Virus record (IMG/VR): IMGVR_UViG_3300036770_005084 | Coordinates: 91,232 to 155,231 of that record | Strand: one strand, 5' to 3' | Length of the DNA stretch: 64,000 nt | Source of the DNA: a virus | Position numbers and translations under genes: made by a program | Notes under the pieces: model-generated | The model's database searches: none | What the model saw: only the letters and a program-made list of their open reading frames with translations | Told to the model about the DNA's origin: nothing | In this document: in pieces, positions 18,533 through 28,927 of the stretch | Numbering within the stretch: position 1 is the stretch's first letter | How the letters are laid out: every line of letters begins with the position of its first letter

Positions 18533-18956
18533 GATTATCCTCCGTTAGTATCTGGAAATTCCATCTTCTATCTTCACAAAATTCTTTTGCTGCTTTCCAT
18601 TTTGCTTGGTTCTTTGCATATTCCCGAATTTCATATAATTGTTTTTTACTAATTCTCTTCTTTTGTTCGGGTAGATTCACTTGTCGTTTTGGTTTTATTT
18701 CAATCAAACTTTCTTTAATGGATCCATCAGTTGTTTTATATTTAATGTAAAAATCTGGGAAGTACTTATGAACTCTATTATCTATTGGAGATAGGTAAGG
18801 AATCCATATTTCTTCAGATGACCACTTCAATATATTCTCATTATTATCACAATAAACCATAAATTTTCTTTCCCACAGTGAACGATACACTATGTTGGTT
18901 GAATCACCGATGTATTTTTTGGGGTATGAAGGTTTGTATATACCTTTATAACTCAT
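18522..18956 (-). CDS. g4: head completion nuclease gp4
   Basis: KY.GD..NIVYRSLWE, WSSEE, YFPDF, EIKP, N.AKW.AA. Confidence 0.9.
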   Translation of the reverse strand: MSYKGIYKPSYPKKYIGDSTNIVYRSLWERKFMVYCDNNENILKWSSEEIWIPYLSPIDNRVHKYFPDFYIKYKTTDGSIKESLIEIKPKRQVNLPEQKKRISKKQLYEIREYAKNQAKWKAAKEFCEDRRWNFQILTEDNLGV

Positions 18957-18986
18957 ACATATAATATAGACACTTAAGTTATTTAG

Positions 18987-19688
18987 ATGGCATTTCCGGT
19001 AGACCCAAAAAATACTTATATTAATGATGGTCTGTATAAAAATGTTGGAAGTACAAAATCTTTAATAGAAAGTTTTTTAAACTTATCATTAACATCAACT
19101 TTTGCAGTTGATATGAAAGTTGGTCCATTGATTGACAACATGAATAAAAAAATGGGAACAAATTATGAAAAAATATACGCAGAAAAACTAGGAATTTTAG
19201 CATATGAAGCAGTTATTCCTGGATCTTCTGTAGAGACGGGACAAATATTTGGTGATCGACAAGGAGTGACTGAAACATATATTACAAGAAGAATATATCC
19301 ACCAGTTGATGTTAGTTTTTATATTCAAAATGACTACAAATCTATAGAATTTTTTGAAGATTGGATGTCATTTGCATCATCTCAAAATTTAAATTCTACT
19401 TCACTAACTAAATTTTCACGTTTAAATTATCCAAATGAGTATAAATGCAATATTAATATTGTGAAATACGAAAGAGACTTGAGACCAAAACCACAAAAAT
19501 TAACTGCTAGAGGTGATGCTGGTGGAATAAATGATCCAAGAACATATACACACTCTTTGATTAATGCGTATCCAGTTAATATTATTTCTCTTCCAGTTTC
19601 ATATGAACAGACTTCATTGTTAAGAACGACTATTACTTTCAATTATGATAGATACTTTAAGCAAACTAATAAAGGGGTAAGTCTATAG
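18987..19688 (+). CDS. baseplate tail-tube initiator (gp54/gp19-like)
   Basis: FFEDWM, YP.EY, LINAYP.NI....SY, F.YDRY; synteny. Confidence 0.65.
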   Translation: MAFPVDPKNTYINDGLYKNVGSTKSLIESFLNLSLTSTFAVDMKVGPLIDNMNKKMGTNYEKIYAEKLGILAYEAVIPGSSVETGQIFGDRQGVTETYITRRIYPPVDVSFYIQNDYKSIEFFEDWMSFASSQNLNSTSLTKFSRLNYPNEYKCNINIVKYERDLRPKPQKLTARGDAGGINDPRTYTHSLINAYPVNIISLPVSYEQTSLLRTTITFNYDRYFKQTNKGVSL

Positions 19689-19724
19689 GGATAAATAAAA
19701 GTACTGACATTATAATCAAAAATT

Positions 19725-20456
19725 ATGCCTTTACCTAAAATTGCAACTCCGACATATGAGTTGATTTTACCTTCAACAAAAAAAGCAGTTAAGTATCGAC
19801 CATTTTTAGTCAAAGAAGAAAAAATTCTTATTCTCGCAATGGAGAGTGGAAACTTTGAAGAGATTATGAATGCGATTAAAACAACACTAAAGGATTGCAT
19901 TTTAACTAGAGGTATTAAAGTAGAAACTCTTCCAAGTTTTGATATTGAATATCTATTCTTAAATATCAGGGCAAAGTCTGTAGGAGAATCTGTAGAATTA
20001 ACAGTTACTTGTCCAGATGATAATGAAACAAAAGTTGATGTTGAAGTTTATATTGATGAAATTGCAGTAGTTATTCCTGAAGGTCATACAACTGATGTTA
20101 AAGTTGATGATAATATCACAATTAAAATGAAGTATCCTTCACTCAAAGAGTTTGTTGAGAATAATTTTGATTTCTCCGATCAAAATGATAGTGAAGAGAC
20201 TATTAATAAATCATTTGAAATCGTTGCTTCCTGTATTGATATGGTATATACAAAGGATGACTCTTGGGCATCAAGTGAAGTAACAAAGAAAGAATTAATT
20301 TCTTGGTTAGAAACTATGGATTCTAACCAGTTTAAAGGAATTGAAAAGTTTTTTGATACTATGCCAAAACTATCTCATACAATGAAAATTGTAAATCCAA
20401 AAACTAAAGTTGAAAACGAAATTGTACTGGAGGGACTGTCAAGTTTTTTCGGATAA
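19725..20456 (+). CDS. g26: baseplate hub subunit gp26
   Basis: MPLPKI.TPTYEL.LPS, YRPFLVKEEKIL, FDIEYLFLNIRAKSVGE. Confidence 0.9.
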   Translation: MPLPKIATPTYELILPSTKKAVKYRPFLVKEEKILILAMESGNFEEIMNAIKTTLKDCILTRGIKVETLPSFDIEYLFLNIRAKSVGESVELTVTCPDDNETKVDVEVYIDEIAVVIPEGHTTDVKVDDNITIKMKYPSLKEFVENNFDFSDQNDSEETINKSFEIVASCIDMVYTKDDSWASSEVTKKELISWLETMDSNQFKGIEKFFDTMPKLSHTMKIVNPKTKVENEIVLEGLSSFFG

Positions 20457-20638
20457 TGATGAGTCATGAAGACTTATCAACTTATTTTAGAATTAACTTT
20501 GCATTGATGCAGTATCATAAATATTCATTAACTGAAATTGAAAATATGATTCCATGGGAAAGAGAAATATATCTATCATTACTTGAGCAGCATATTAAGG
20601 AAGAAGAAGAAAAGGCATCAAGAAAACAAAGTCTCTAA
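20456..20638 (+). CDS. g51: baseplate hub assembly protein gp51-like
   Basis: NFALMQYHKYSLTEIENMIPWERE.Y. Confidence 0.75.
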   Translation: MMSHEDLSTYFRINFALMQYHKYSLTEIENMIPWEREIYLSLLEQHIKEEEEKASRKQSL

Positions 20639-20640
20639 CA

Positions 20641-22935
20641 ATGGAAACAGTAGATCTAGTACAATATAAAAAACAAAGACTAAGGGAGGAACTTCAAAAG
20701 TTAGTTCCTCCTGGGTTTAATTTGTTTCCACCTCCAAAAAATAGGGGGAATACTTATGATAATCTAGATAAATTTTTAGAAAGAGATACTGAGTTTTTAA
20801 TGAAAGTTGGATATTTAGTTCCAACAAATAGAGGGTATGATACTGCAATACAACATCTAAGATATTTTGGATATCCCATTGGCAAATATAAAGAAGCAGA
20901 AAATGTAGGGTCTTTTTATGGTGATGATCAGTTAAATAAAGATCTTAGGGAAGCATGTGATTATACTATTCGATTTTATGATCTTGCTGAAATAACACTA
21001 GCAAGAATTGAGGATGAAGTTGATACTCAATTAAAATTAATTCAGAACGAAAGAGATAAAGAAAAGAGAGATTTAGAAAAGACTGAGGAGAAAAAACAAA
21101 AGGCATCTTCATTTATTTCTGGTGCTACTAGTTTTAGACCAGGTAAATCAGTTCGTATAAAAACTACGAAGATACCTGGAATAATCCCAAAGAAAATAAC
21201 CTCTCAAAATATTGTTGATAATATATCCAAACCATCTGAGCAAGATGTACAGGTAACTAATATTCCACCAATTGTTCCGAAGAGAACTCCTCCAGAGCAA
21301 ATTGCAGCAAGAGTTCAGAATAAGTCTGATGATGAGTCAATCTCTGGTGGAGGAGTTACATCATCACTTGCAAAATTATCTTTAAATCTAGATCAAACTA
21401 ATGAAAATCTAGAAGCAATTGCTGATATTATAATTGAAGATATAAAAAATTCGAAAAATATTAATGATAAAGAGAAGGAAGAATATAGAAAAAGAATTGC
21501 AAATCGTGGAAGAAGAATTGGAAAGCAAGATCTTGGAAGTAGTAAAGTTGATGTTAGCAATTTAGTAAAAACTTATGCAGGGAATTTCTTCTCAGGTGCT
21601 GGTGGAGCAATAAGAACATTATCATTATTCAATCTTCTTGAAGGATTGATGAGTGGTGATCCTTCAAAAATTTTAGGTCCATTGTTAGGAATTGGAGTAA
21701 CATATTTACCTGCTATTGGTGCTGCTATAGCAGGTCTAATGGCAAAGAAAGTTGCACAATCTATCTTTGGTGGTGGAGGAAAACCAAGTGTTACTCCAGG
21801 AGGTAGAACTCCTACTGCTCCACAAACACCAACTAAGTTAGGAAAATTTGGAAAGTTTGCTGCAATTGCATCTTTAGGAGCAGGTGCACTTTCATTAGGA
21901 TCTGCTTTCTTATCGAATAGAGATCAACCTGAGGATATTCAGAAAGAAAGATTATCTGAATTGGAGATAGAACAAAAATCAAAAACAGAAGTTTTAGATA
22001 AACCATCAGCAATACCAGATTCTGATCTCAAAAGATTCCAAGAATTAAATCTAAAATTTGAAAAGGCATTGGATTTCTTATTGAAAAAGCAGCAGGAACG
22101 TGAGGAAGCAATCTCCAGAAGACCATCAGGAGGTCCTGGTGGTGGAGGAGGTGGTGGTGGAGGTCAACTTATAGAAGGTGAGGCACCTGCAGAGATTGAT
22201 GCATTAATGTCTGCTATTTCTGGGGGTGAAGGTGGATTAGAATCTGTAAATAGAATTGGTGCAATGCCTGGATTGTCTGAGTTGACAATAGATGAAGCAA
22301 TTGCAAAAGTTGAGTCTTTAAGGGCAAAGGGAAAAACTTCTGGTGCAATGGGTAGAATGCAACAGATGTCATATTATCTTAAAGATAGGGCAATTGCTGC
22401 CGGTCTTGATCCGACAAAGGATAAATTCAATGAGGAAAATCAGTATAAAATTGATAGAAGTTACTTGGCATCACTATTTTCCGGAGGAGAACGTGAAATT
22501 CTTGAGATGTTAAAAAAACCAAATGGCATAGAAGAAGTTGTTAGAAAACTTAAAGGAGTTTGGCCATCAGTACCAACAGGAGAACAGGAAAATGTACATA
22601 CTCCTGGGTTCTATGATAGGTATAGAAATATATTGAAAAACTTAAAAGAAAAAGAAGTTGATACTAAAAAACCTGAGGAAGAAGATTCAAAAGATTCAAA
22701 AACTACAAAGGGTCCAGACGTAAGTGCGTTGCCTAGAAATATTCCTAGGATAGAAACCCCAGTATCTTCTGAGGTTAATTTTCTTCCATTGCCCATAAAT
22801 GGAGGACAAGATAAACCTTCACAAAAATTATCAGATGGTGATGAAGGAGGTTCTTCAATTCCAAATGTACTGACTACCAATCCAGATAATTTTCTAGCAC
22901 TCAATACAAAATTAAGACTTCAGGTAGTTGCTTAA
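20641..22935 (+). CDS. tape-measure/hub-like virion protein with a lysozyme-like domain
   Basis: coiled-coil, Gly/Ala hydrophobic segments, poly-Gly linker, then ISGGEGG...AMGRMQ...FNEENQ...WPSVP (lambda-R-like by eye). Confidence 0.55.
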   Translation: METVDLVQYKKQRLREELQKLVPPGFNLFPPPKNRGNTYDNLDKFLERDTEFLMKVGYLVPTNRGYDTAIQHLRYFGYPIGKYKEAENVGSFYGDDQLNKDLREACDYTIRFYDLAEITLARIEDEVDTQLKLIQNERDKEKRDLEKTEEKKQKASSFISGATSFRPGKSVRIKTTKIPGIIPKKITSQNIVDNISKPSEQDVQVTNIPPIVPKRTPPEQIAARVQNKSDDESISGGGVTSSLAKLSLNLDQTNENLEAIADIIIEDIKNSKNINDKEKEEYRKRIANRGRRIGKQDLGSSKVDVSNLVKTYAGNFFSGAGGAIRTLSLFNLLEGLMSGDPSKILGPLLGIGVTYLPAIGAAIAGLMAKKVAQSIFGGGGKPSVTPGGRTPTAPQTPTKLGKFGKFAAIASLGAGALSLGSAFLSNRDQPEDIQKERLSELEIEQKSKTEVLDKPSAIPDSDLKRFQELNLKFEKALDFLLKKQQEREEAISRRPSGGPGGGGGGGGGQLIEGEAPAEIDALMSAISGGEGGLESVNRIGAMPGLSELTIDEAIAKVESLRAKGKTSGAMGRMQQMSYYLKDRAIAAGLDPTKDKFNEENQYKIDRSYLASLFSGGEREILEMLKKPNGIEEVVRKLKGVWPSVPTGEQENVHTPGFYDRYRNILKNLKEKEVDTKKPEEEDSKDSKTTKGPDVSALPRNIPRIETPVSSEVNFLPLPINGGQDKPSQKLSDGDEGGSSIPNVLTTNPDNFLALNTKLRLQVVA

Positions 22936-22939
22936 TAAA

Positions 22940-24976
22940 ATGGAACAACAAGTACAAAATAAACCAAAAAGAATATTAAGAAGAACTCCAAAAATTAATA
23001 TTACAAGTATATCACCTATACTGAAAACTTCTGAAGATATTAAAAAGACTACAAAGAAGTTAAGAAGAACTTTTGAAAGAAGAACATATCTAAAAGGAAC
23101 TCATTTATCAGTTCTTAATAGATATAAAAAAAGACTAGACTCTATTGAAAGAGCACAGGAAGAACAAAGACAAAGAGCATCTAGAAAAAAATATAAAGCA
23201 CCAGATATTAAGAAGTTTGCCGGTAAATTCTTTGCTCCTGGATCTAGTGATGATCCTTTTAAGGCAATAGGTTCTTTAGCAGCATTTAATGCACTTACAA
23301 GTTTTTCTGAGGGAAAAGTATTAGATGCTTTAACACCAGCATTAATTGCTGCTGGAATGTTTGCTGGTCCTGGGTTAATTGGTGCAGGAATAAGTAAAAT
23401 CTTCGACCGAGGATCAAAACCAACAACAGGAGTTGATGTTTCTGGAAGGAGAGTTCCTAAGTCTGCACAGCAAAGATATCTTTCTAGATATGGAGAGAAG
23501 GCATTTAGATCTAGGTTTGGAAACCAAGCACTAAAAAATTTACAGAAACCAGATCCAAGTATTACTCCAAAGGGAACTAGTATTGGTGCCAGAACTTCAA
23601 AAGCATTTTCTAGATTAGGAAAATCTATTATTCCAGGAGTCGGAGCAGTTTTTGGTGGAATAGATGCAGAATTAAGAAGACGTGAGGGTGATTATACTGG
23701 AGCAGCAATTTCTGGGGCATCTGCTGCATTAGATGCTGCAACTGCTGCTTCTGCTGCAACTGGGATTGGTCTTGTTGCTGCTCCATTTTTAGGAATTGCA
23801 TCAATTGCATTAGATCTAGTAAACTTTACTAGAGATATTATTGGAATGAGTGAAAAAGAATCTGAAAGAAACAAAACAAAAATAAACAAACCTTCAGAAG
23901 ATAAAATTAAAGAAAGATTAAAGGAGCAAACTAAACTTCAAAAAGAACAAGTTTCTCAGATAGACAAAAAAGAACCTGAGGGAACACTATCATTTTCACA
24001 AACATTAATAGGATACGATAGAGTTGTAACTAAATTTGAGAAATTTTCAGAGAGTTTTAAAATACAATTGCCAGAAGAAGATCCTGACTATGCAAATTTT
24101 AGAGCATCTGAAGTAGAACGTACAACAGGTCTCATGGGTCCAGTGGATGAACCTGGATATGAATTTACAAAGTATTTAAGTCAATATCTTACTGGAGATC
24201 CAGATAGTCCTTCTTATGATTATTATCATGGAACAGTAAGTAATTACCATGATCACTTAGCATTTAAAGATCGTGAAACTGCAATTAGAGCATATGAATT
24301 TTTAAAATCTAAAGGATTAGATGTTACTGAATTGACAGGGTTTGGTGCTGGAGTTACTGGACCACATAGTGGAGCAGGGTCAATGCACCATTCTGGTCTC
24401 GCATTTGATGTTCCTGGATATCAATGGCAAGGAAGTGGTCCTATTGGAGAAAGAGAATTTAGAGGATCTAGACTGGTTCGACAATATATGAATGAATTTT
24501 TCAAGAATGAAATTGAAAGAGATAAGAAAAAAACTGCTCCAAAACCAACTCCAAAACCAACTTTAAAGGGGCAACCAAAGGGATACGGAAAAGTTCTTAA
24601 TAACGAATATTTTTATTTGGATGGAAAGTATTGGGAAAGAAAAGATAATTCTACAAAAGAAATTGATAAAGAAACATATAAAGCAATTAGAGATAACCAT
24701 AGAACTGGATTTGGATTGCCATCGTATAAAGATATTCCATTGCCATCTGAAGTATCCATAGTTCCTCAAAAAAATGAACAGATTGCAAGATCAATTGAAA
24801 CTTATCCAACATATGATAATAAAAAAATTACAGTTCCTTTGCCAATAATAAATAACCCAGGATCAGAACAAATTGCAATGACTCCAAGCAGTCCTGGGAT
24901 AAGTATGCCATCAGTAAATCGACAAAATACAACATCAGATTTCTTCAAAAAAATTCTACTTAACGAATTGGCATAA
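22940..24976 (+). CDS. second tape-measure-like virion protein with an M15-like zinc peptidase motif
   Basis: ATG at 22940 preferred over TTG at 22928; IPGVG-type TMP segments; YHDHLAF and SMHHSGLAFD. Confidence 0.5.
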   Translation: MEQQVQNKPKRILRRTPKINITSISPILKTSEDIKKTTKKLRRTFERRTYLKGTHLSVLNRYKKRLDSIERAQEEQRQRASRKKYKAPDIKKFAGKFFAPGSSDDPFKAIGSLAAFNALTSFSEGKVLDALTPALIAAGMFAGPGLIGAGISKIFDRGSKPTTGVDVSGRRVPKSAQQRYLSRYGEKAFRSRFGNQALKNLQKPDPSITPKGTSIGARTSKAFSRLGKSIIPGVGAVFGGIDAELRRREGDYTGAAISGASAALDAATAASAATGIGLVAAPFLGIASIALDLVNFTRDIIGMSEKESERNKTKINKPSEDKIKERLKEQTKLQKEQVSQIDKKEPEGTLSFSQTLIGYDRVVTKFEKFSESFKIQLPEEDPDYANFRASEVERTTGLMGPVDEPGYEFTKYLSQYLTGDPDSPSYDYYHGTVSNYHDHLAFKDRETAIRAYEFLKSKGLDVTELTGFGAGVTGPHSGAGSMHHSGLAFDVPGYQWQGSGPIGEREFRGSRLVRQYMNEFFKNEIERDKKKTAPKPTPKPTLKGQPKGYGKVLNNEYFYLDGKYWERKDNSTKEIDKETYKAIRDNHRTGFGLPSYKDIPLPSEVSIVPQKNEQIARSIETYPTYDNKKITVPLPIINNPGSEQIAMTPSSPGISMPSVNRQNTTSDFFKKILLNELA

Positions 24977-26274
24977 TGGCATCCTTTTTTAACTATAAAA
25001 TACAAGAATTCATTATAGAATCTTTAGATGGTTCGAAAAATATAGATGCGACTTCTTGTGTTTCCTCGATTAAATATTTTGAAGATTTATTTTCACCATC
25101 AATTTTTATAACGATGGTGCTTGCAAATACTGATGGGTTATTAACTTCTCTTCCAATTCGTGGTGGTGAAAGAGTAAGATTAAAGTTATATCAAGAGGCA
25201 ACTAATTTATATCTATCATTTGAAGAATTAAAAAATCCTTTGTACATATACAAAGTTTATGGATCAACATCAGAATCTACCAGAGAAGTTTTTGCTATTG
25301 ATTTAGCACCTGCAGAAGTGTTTTCAAATGAAACCACAAGAGTTTTTAATAGATATCCAGAATCTGGTGAGGGTCAGTTAATTAGTGATTCTGTTGAAAA
25401 AATATTAAACGATGTTTTGAAGACAAATAAAGTTCGTCAAATTGAAAGATCTGCCAATAGTTATTCTTTTTATGGAAATTCAAAAAAACCATTTGGTGTA
25501 TTGACTTGGTTATGCCCAAAGGCAATACCTACCATTGGAAAGTCCTCAACTACAGAAGGAACTGCTGGATTTTTATTCTATGAAAATAGGGATGGTTATC
25601 ATTTTAGAAGTGTTGATACATTAATGGGTGGATTAATTCCATCATCTTCAGATCAATCTGATTTTATTACATATTATTATGATGAGACTGCTACAAATTA
25701 TGCATCTAGAAGTACAAATACGAAAATTTTAACAATACCAACTTTCGAAAGGAATGAAAACGTATTTGAAAATATGCGGATTGGTATGTATTCAAGTTTA
25801 AATATATTTTTTGATTTAAATACTAAACAATATAATGAATATCAGTATAAATTATCCGATAGTTATGATACTATGAAGCATGTTTCTTCTAGATCAGATA
25901 AACCAAAAATTCCTATGGATTTGGAGAATAGTCCCACAAGACTAATGGTTGGATTTATAGATACAATAGTATCTTCTCCACTTGGAACAAAAGTAGACGC
26001 AAAATTTGATGAAAGAGTAAAGTATCAATCCCAATCTGTTGCTAGATATAATCTTGCATTTAGGCAGTTTTTAAATATTACAATTCCATTAAACTTTAAT
26101 TTGAAAGTTGGAGATGTAATTAGAATAGATATTGGTAAGATTTCAAAAACAAGTAAGGAAAAAGATCAAGAAAAGTCGGGTTTATATTTGATTAAAGAAT
26201 TGGCACACGATTTCTCAGATATTAAAGGATATACTGGACTTAAATTAATTAGAGATTCTTACGGAGCAAGATAA
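24976..26274 (+). CDS. baseplate hub protein (gp27-like)
   Basis: YFEDLFSP, LPIRGGE, GFLFYE..DGYHF.S.D, SGLYLI..L.H; position before g5. Confidence 0.6.
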   Translation: MASFFNYKIQEFIIESLDGSKNIDATSCVSSIKYFEDLFSPSIFITMVLANTDGLLTSLPIRGGERVRLKLYQEATNLYLSFEELKNPLYIYKVYGSTSESTREVFAIDLAPAEVFSNETTRVFNRYPESGEGQLISDSVEKILNDVLKTNKVRQIERSANSYSFYGNSKKPFGVLTWLCPKAIPTIGKSSTTEGTAGFLFYENRDGYHFRSVDTLMGGLIPSSSDQSDFITYYYDETATNYASRSTNTKILTIPTFERNENVFENMRIGMYSSLNIFFDLNTKQYNEYQYKLSDSYDTMKHVSSRSDKPKIPMDLENSPTRLMVGFIDTIVSSPLGTKVDAKFDERVKYQSQSVARYNLAFRQFLNITIPLNFNLKVGDVIRIDIGKISKTSKEKDQEKSGLYLIKELAHDFSDIKGYTGLKLIRDSYGAR

Positions 26275-28361
26275 TGTTAGAACAATCTTTAATCAATCCC
26301 AATTTTGCAGGAAGAGATGGATTTAAGTGGTTTATTGGTCTAACTACTGGAGAGATAGATCGAGCAAATGATGAGTATGGATATAGAGTTAAGGTAAGAA
26401 TAATTGGATATCATCCCAAAGATATATCAGATTCTAATTTGCCTTGGGCACATGTTCTTGTACCAACTATTATGGGTAGTGGTGATCGTGGGTGTGGTAT
26501 TTCAGATAACTCAAGAGGTTCTCAAGTAGTAATTGGATTTTTTGCCGATGGTGATGATGGACAACAACCAATAATTATTGGTGCTTTATATAACGGTGAT
26601 AGTGTAATACGAGAGAATTCTATTGATCTTGGAACTAAAAATTTTAAATTATTCAAACCAGAACAGAATGAGATAATAAATCCAAATAATTTACAAGTAA
26701 AGTCAAATAAAACTATTGGTACTAAAACTAAAGCAGAGTCTAATAAATCTTCATCAACCCCAAAAAATACGATTCCGAGAACTGATGGCACTGTTGTAGG
26801 TGAAGAGACAGTAACTCATGCAGAACTTCAAAAGGGAGCAACAGTTTCTATTCCTGGACATTGTGAAAATGCCAAAGATAATATTTCAAAGATTTCACAA
26901 TCTTTAATTAAATTTATTCAGGTATTAAACACTGTAAAGAATGTTGGAGATACTTACATAGATCCTGTTTTGAATAGAATAAAAAATATAGATGATGAAA
27001 TTAATGAAATTGCAGATGCAATTGCAGATTCTTTAAGTGCAATAATTAAAAGAATTCGTGATGAGATTACAACAGGAATTTATAACCTACTAAAAGATTT
27101 TTTAGATAAAATTACATTACCGAAGGATTTAGAAATAGTTAAAAAAATTGCAACAGGACAAATAGCAGATAGTATTTGGTGTGCTTTTAAAAAAATATTG
27201 GATAAAGTAAAGAAGTTTGTATTAGATTTTTTATTTAATTTGATTGGAAAGGTTGTAACAATGCCTCTTTGTGCAGCAGAAGCATTAGTTGGTAGTGTTA
27301 TTCAATCTGTAGCAAATGAAATTACTGATGCAATAGGACCAGTATTAGAAGAAGCATCAAATCTTTTACAAGGATCTATTGGAACTGTCATGTCATATGT
27401 GGATAAAGCAATTGGAATTACAAAAGGTATCGTTAGCTTTTTATCTTGTGAAAACTATGAGTGCAAAGAGGTTTTTGATTATGAAATGAATAAAGGATTT
27501 GTTCCAAAAGGTAATCCAAATTTTGAAGCAATTCTTAATTATTCTCCAGCAAAGGGTGTTAGGAATTTATTGGAAGATGGAACTGGACAAGCAGAAAATT
27601 TCTTAGATGGAATGTCCGGTGGAGATTTGGTCAGTATTCCATGTGATGTATCATCTTTAGAATGTGGATTACCAATCGTAGAATTTTTTGGTGGTGGTGG
27701 ATTTGGTGCTGCTGCCAATTCCGTTGTAGATTCCTTTGGTCAAGTTATGGGAATTAACATAATTAATGGTGGATCTGGATATATATCTGCTCCATATGTA
27801 TCTTTAAAGGATCCTTGTGAAAACGGCAGTGGTGCAACTGCTTATGCAATCATTGATAAAGATGGCAAAGTAACTGATGTTGTTATGGAAACTGTAGGAT
27901 CTAATTATATTGGACCATCAGATCTTGGGAATACTGGAGGTACTGATGATACTGGAAGTACTGGTGATACTGGAGGTACTGATGGTGATATTAGAGATGT
28001 TGCATGTTCTATTGCCCCTATAGATTCTTCAGGATCTACACTTTCTGGATATGTTGAAAAAGTAATAATTAAAAACACTGGAATTGGATATTCTTCAGAA
28101 GATATAATATTTGATTCTTCTTGTCCAAATAGTGATGTTGAAATTGCTCCTATTTTAGATGATGATGGAAGAGTAATTGATGTGGAAATTAAAAATCCAG
28201 GTTCTTTTATTACTATATTCCCAGAGTTGAAAATAAATAGTGAGACTGGTAATGGATTATCTCTAGTTCCTGTATTGAGATTTAATAAAATTGAAGATAC
28301 AAAGATAGAAACAGATCCTACAAAGATTCAAAAAGTTATTTACTGTGCTGATAAAACTTAA
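26274..28361 (+). CDS. g5: baseplate central spike gp5 (N-terminal OB-fold; no T4 lysozyme domain recognisable)
   Basis: GRDGF.WFIG, RVKVRIIGYH, LPWA, V.GFF.DG...QQP.I.G. Confidence 0.75.
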   Translation: MLEQSLINPNFAGRDGFKWFIGLTTGEIDRANDEYGYRVKVRIIGYHPKDISDSNLPWAHVLVPTIMGSGDRGCGISDNSRGSQVVIGFFADGDDGQQPIIIGALYNGDSVIRENSIDLGTKNFKLFKPEQNEIINPNNLQVKSNKTIGTKTKAESNKSSSTPKNTIPRTDGTVVGEETVTHAELQKGATVSIPGHCENAKDNISKISQSLIKFIQVLNTVKNVGDTYIDPVLNRIKNIDDEINEIADAIADSLSAIIKRIRDEITTGIYNLLKDFLDKITLPKDLEIVKKIATGQIADSIWCAFKKILDKVKKFVLDFLFNLIGKVVTMPLCAAEALVGSVIQSVANEITDAIGPVLEEASNLLQGSIGTVMSYVDKAIGITKGIVSFLSCENYECKEVFDYEMNKGFVPKGNPNFEAILNYSPAKGVRNLLEDGTGQAENFLDGMSGGDLVSIPCDVSSLECGLPIVEFFGGGGFGAAANSVVDSFGQVMGINIINGGSGYISAPYVSLKDPCENGSGATAYAIIDKDGKVTDVVMETVGSNYIGPSDLGNTGGTDDTGSTGDTGGTDGDIRDVACSIAPIDSSGSTLSGYVEKVIIKNTGIGYSSEDIIFDSSCPNSDVEIAPILDDDGRVIDVEIKNPGSFITIFPELKINSETGNGLSLVPVLRFNKIEDTKIETDPTKIQKVIYCADKT

Positions 28362-28363
28362 AT

Positions 28364-28927
28364 ATGAAAAAACCAAGAGAAAAACCAACAGGATATTTAT
28401 TTAATGATCCTCAGTGTGGAACCATTGCAGTTGGGTTAGATCCAGATTCGGTTAGACCAAGACAAATTGAACTAGTATCACAATCTTTAGCATCGGTGAG
28501 ATTATTTCAAGATGGTGGATTTGACATTAGAAGTCATCCAGATGCAGTTTTGGCAGATAATATATGGAGTAATGCTAAAGATGGTCTATTAGTAAAGGGA
28601 AATAATATACACTTAGATGCTGGAAATGGTACAGTAACAATAACTGCTAGAGAAATTATATTTGAGTCTACTGGCAACGATACTGGGGGAATAACTATTA
28701 GATCAAAGCATAACATAACAATGGATGCTGAAGATAATATAAAACTTGAAGGATCTAATGTTGCAATTGGTGCTAGAAATAAAATGATAGTCGCATCCAA
28801 AGGATTTCTAAATATTCGTGGAATTAATGGTGTTACAATAACTGAACCAAAGCAAAAATTAATTCCTACTTCAATCAATGATTTGATTGACACATTTTTA
28901 TCTTCAGTCTTACCAGGATATTTCTAA
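28364..28927 (+). CDS. gp5 C-terminal beta-helix-like spike protein
   Basis: repetitive I-x-L/I-x-A/S beta-strand pattern. Confidence 0.45.
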   Translation: MKKPREKPTGYLFNDPQCGTIAVGLDPDSVRPRQIELVSQSLASVRLFQDGGFDIRSHPDAVLADNIWSNAKDGLLVKGNNIHLDAGNGTVTITAREIIFESTGNDTGGITIRSKHNITMDAEDNIKLEGSNVAIGARNKMIVASKGFLNIRGINGVTITEPKQKLIPTSINDLIDTFLSSVLPGYF

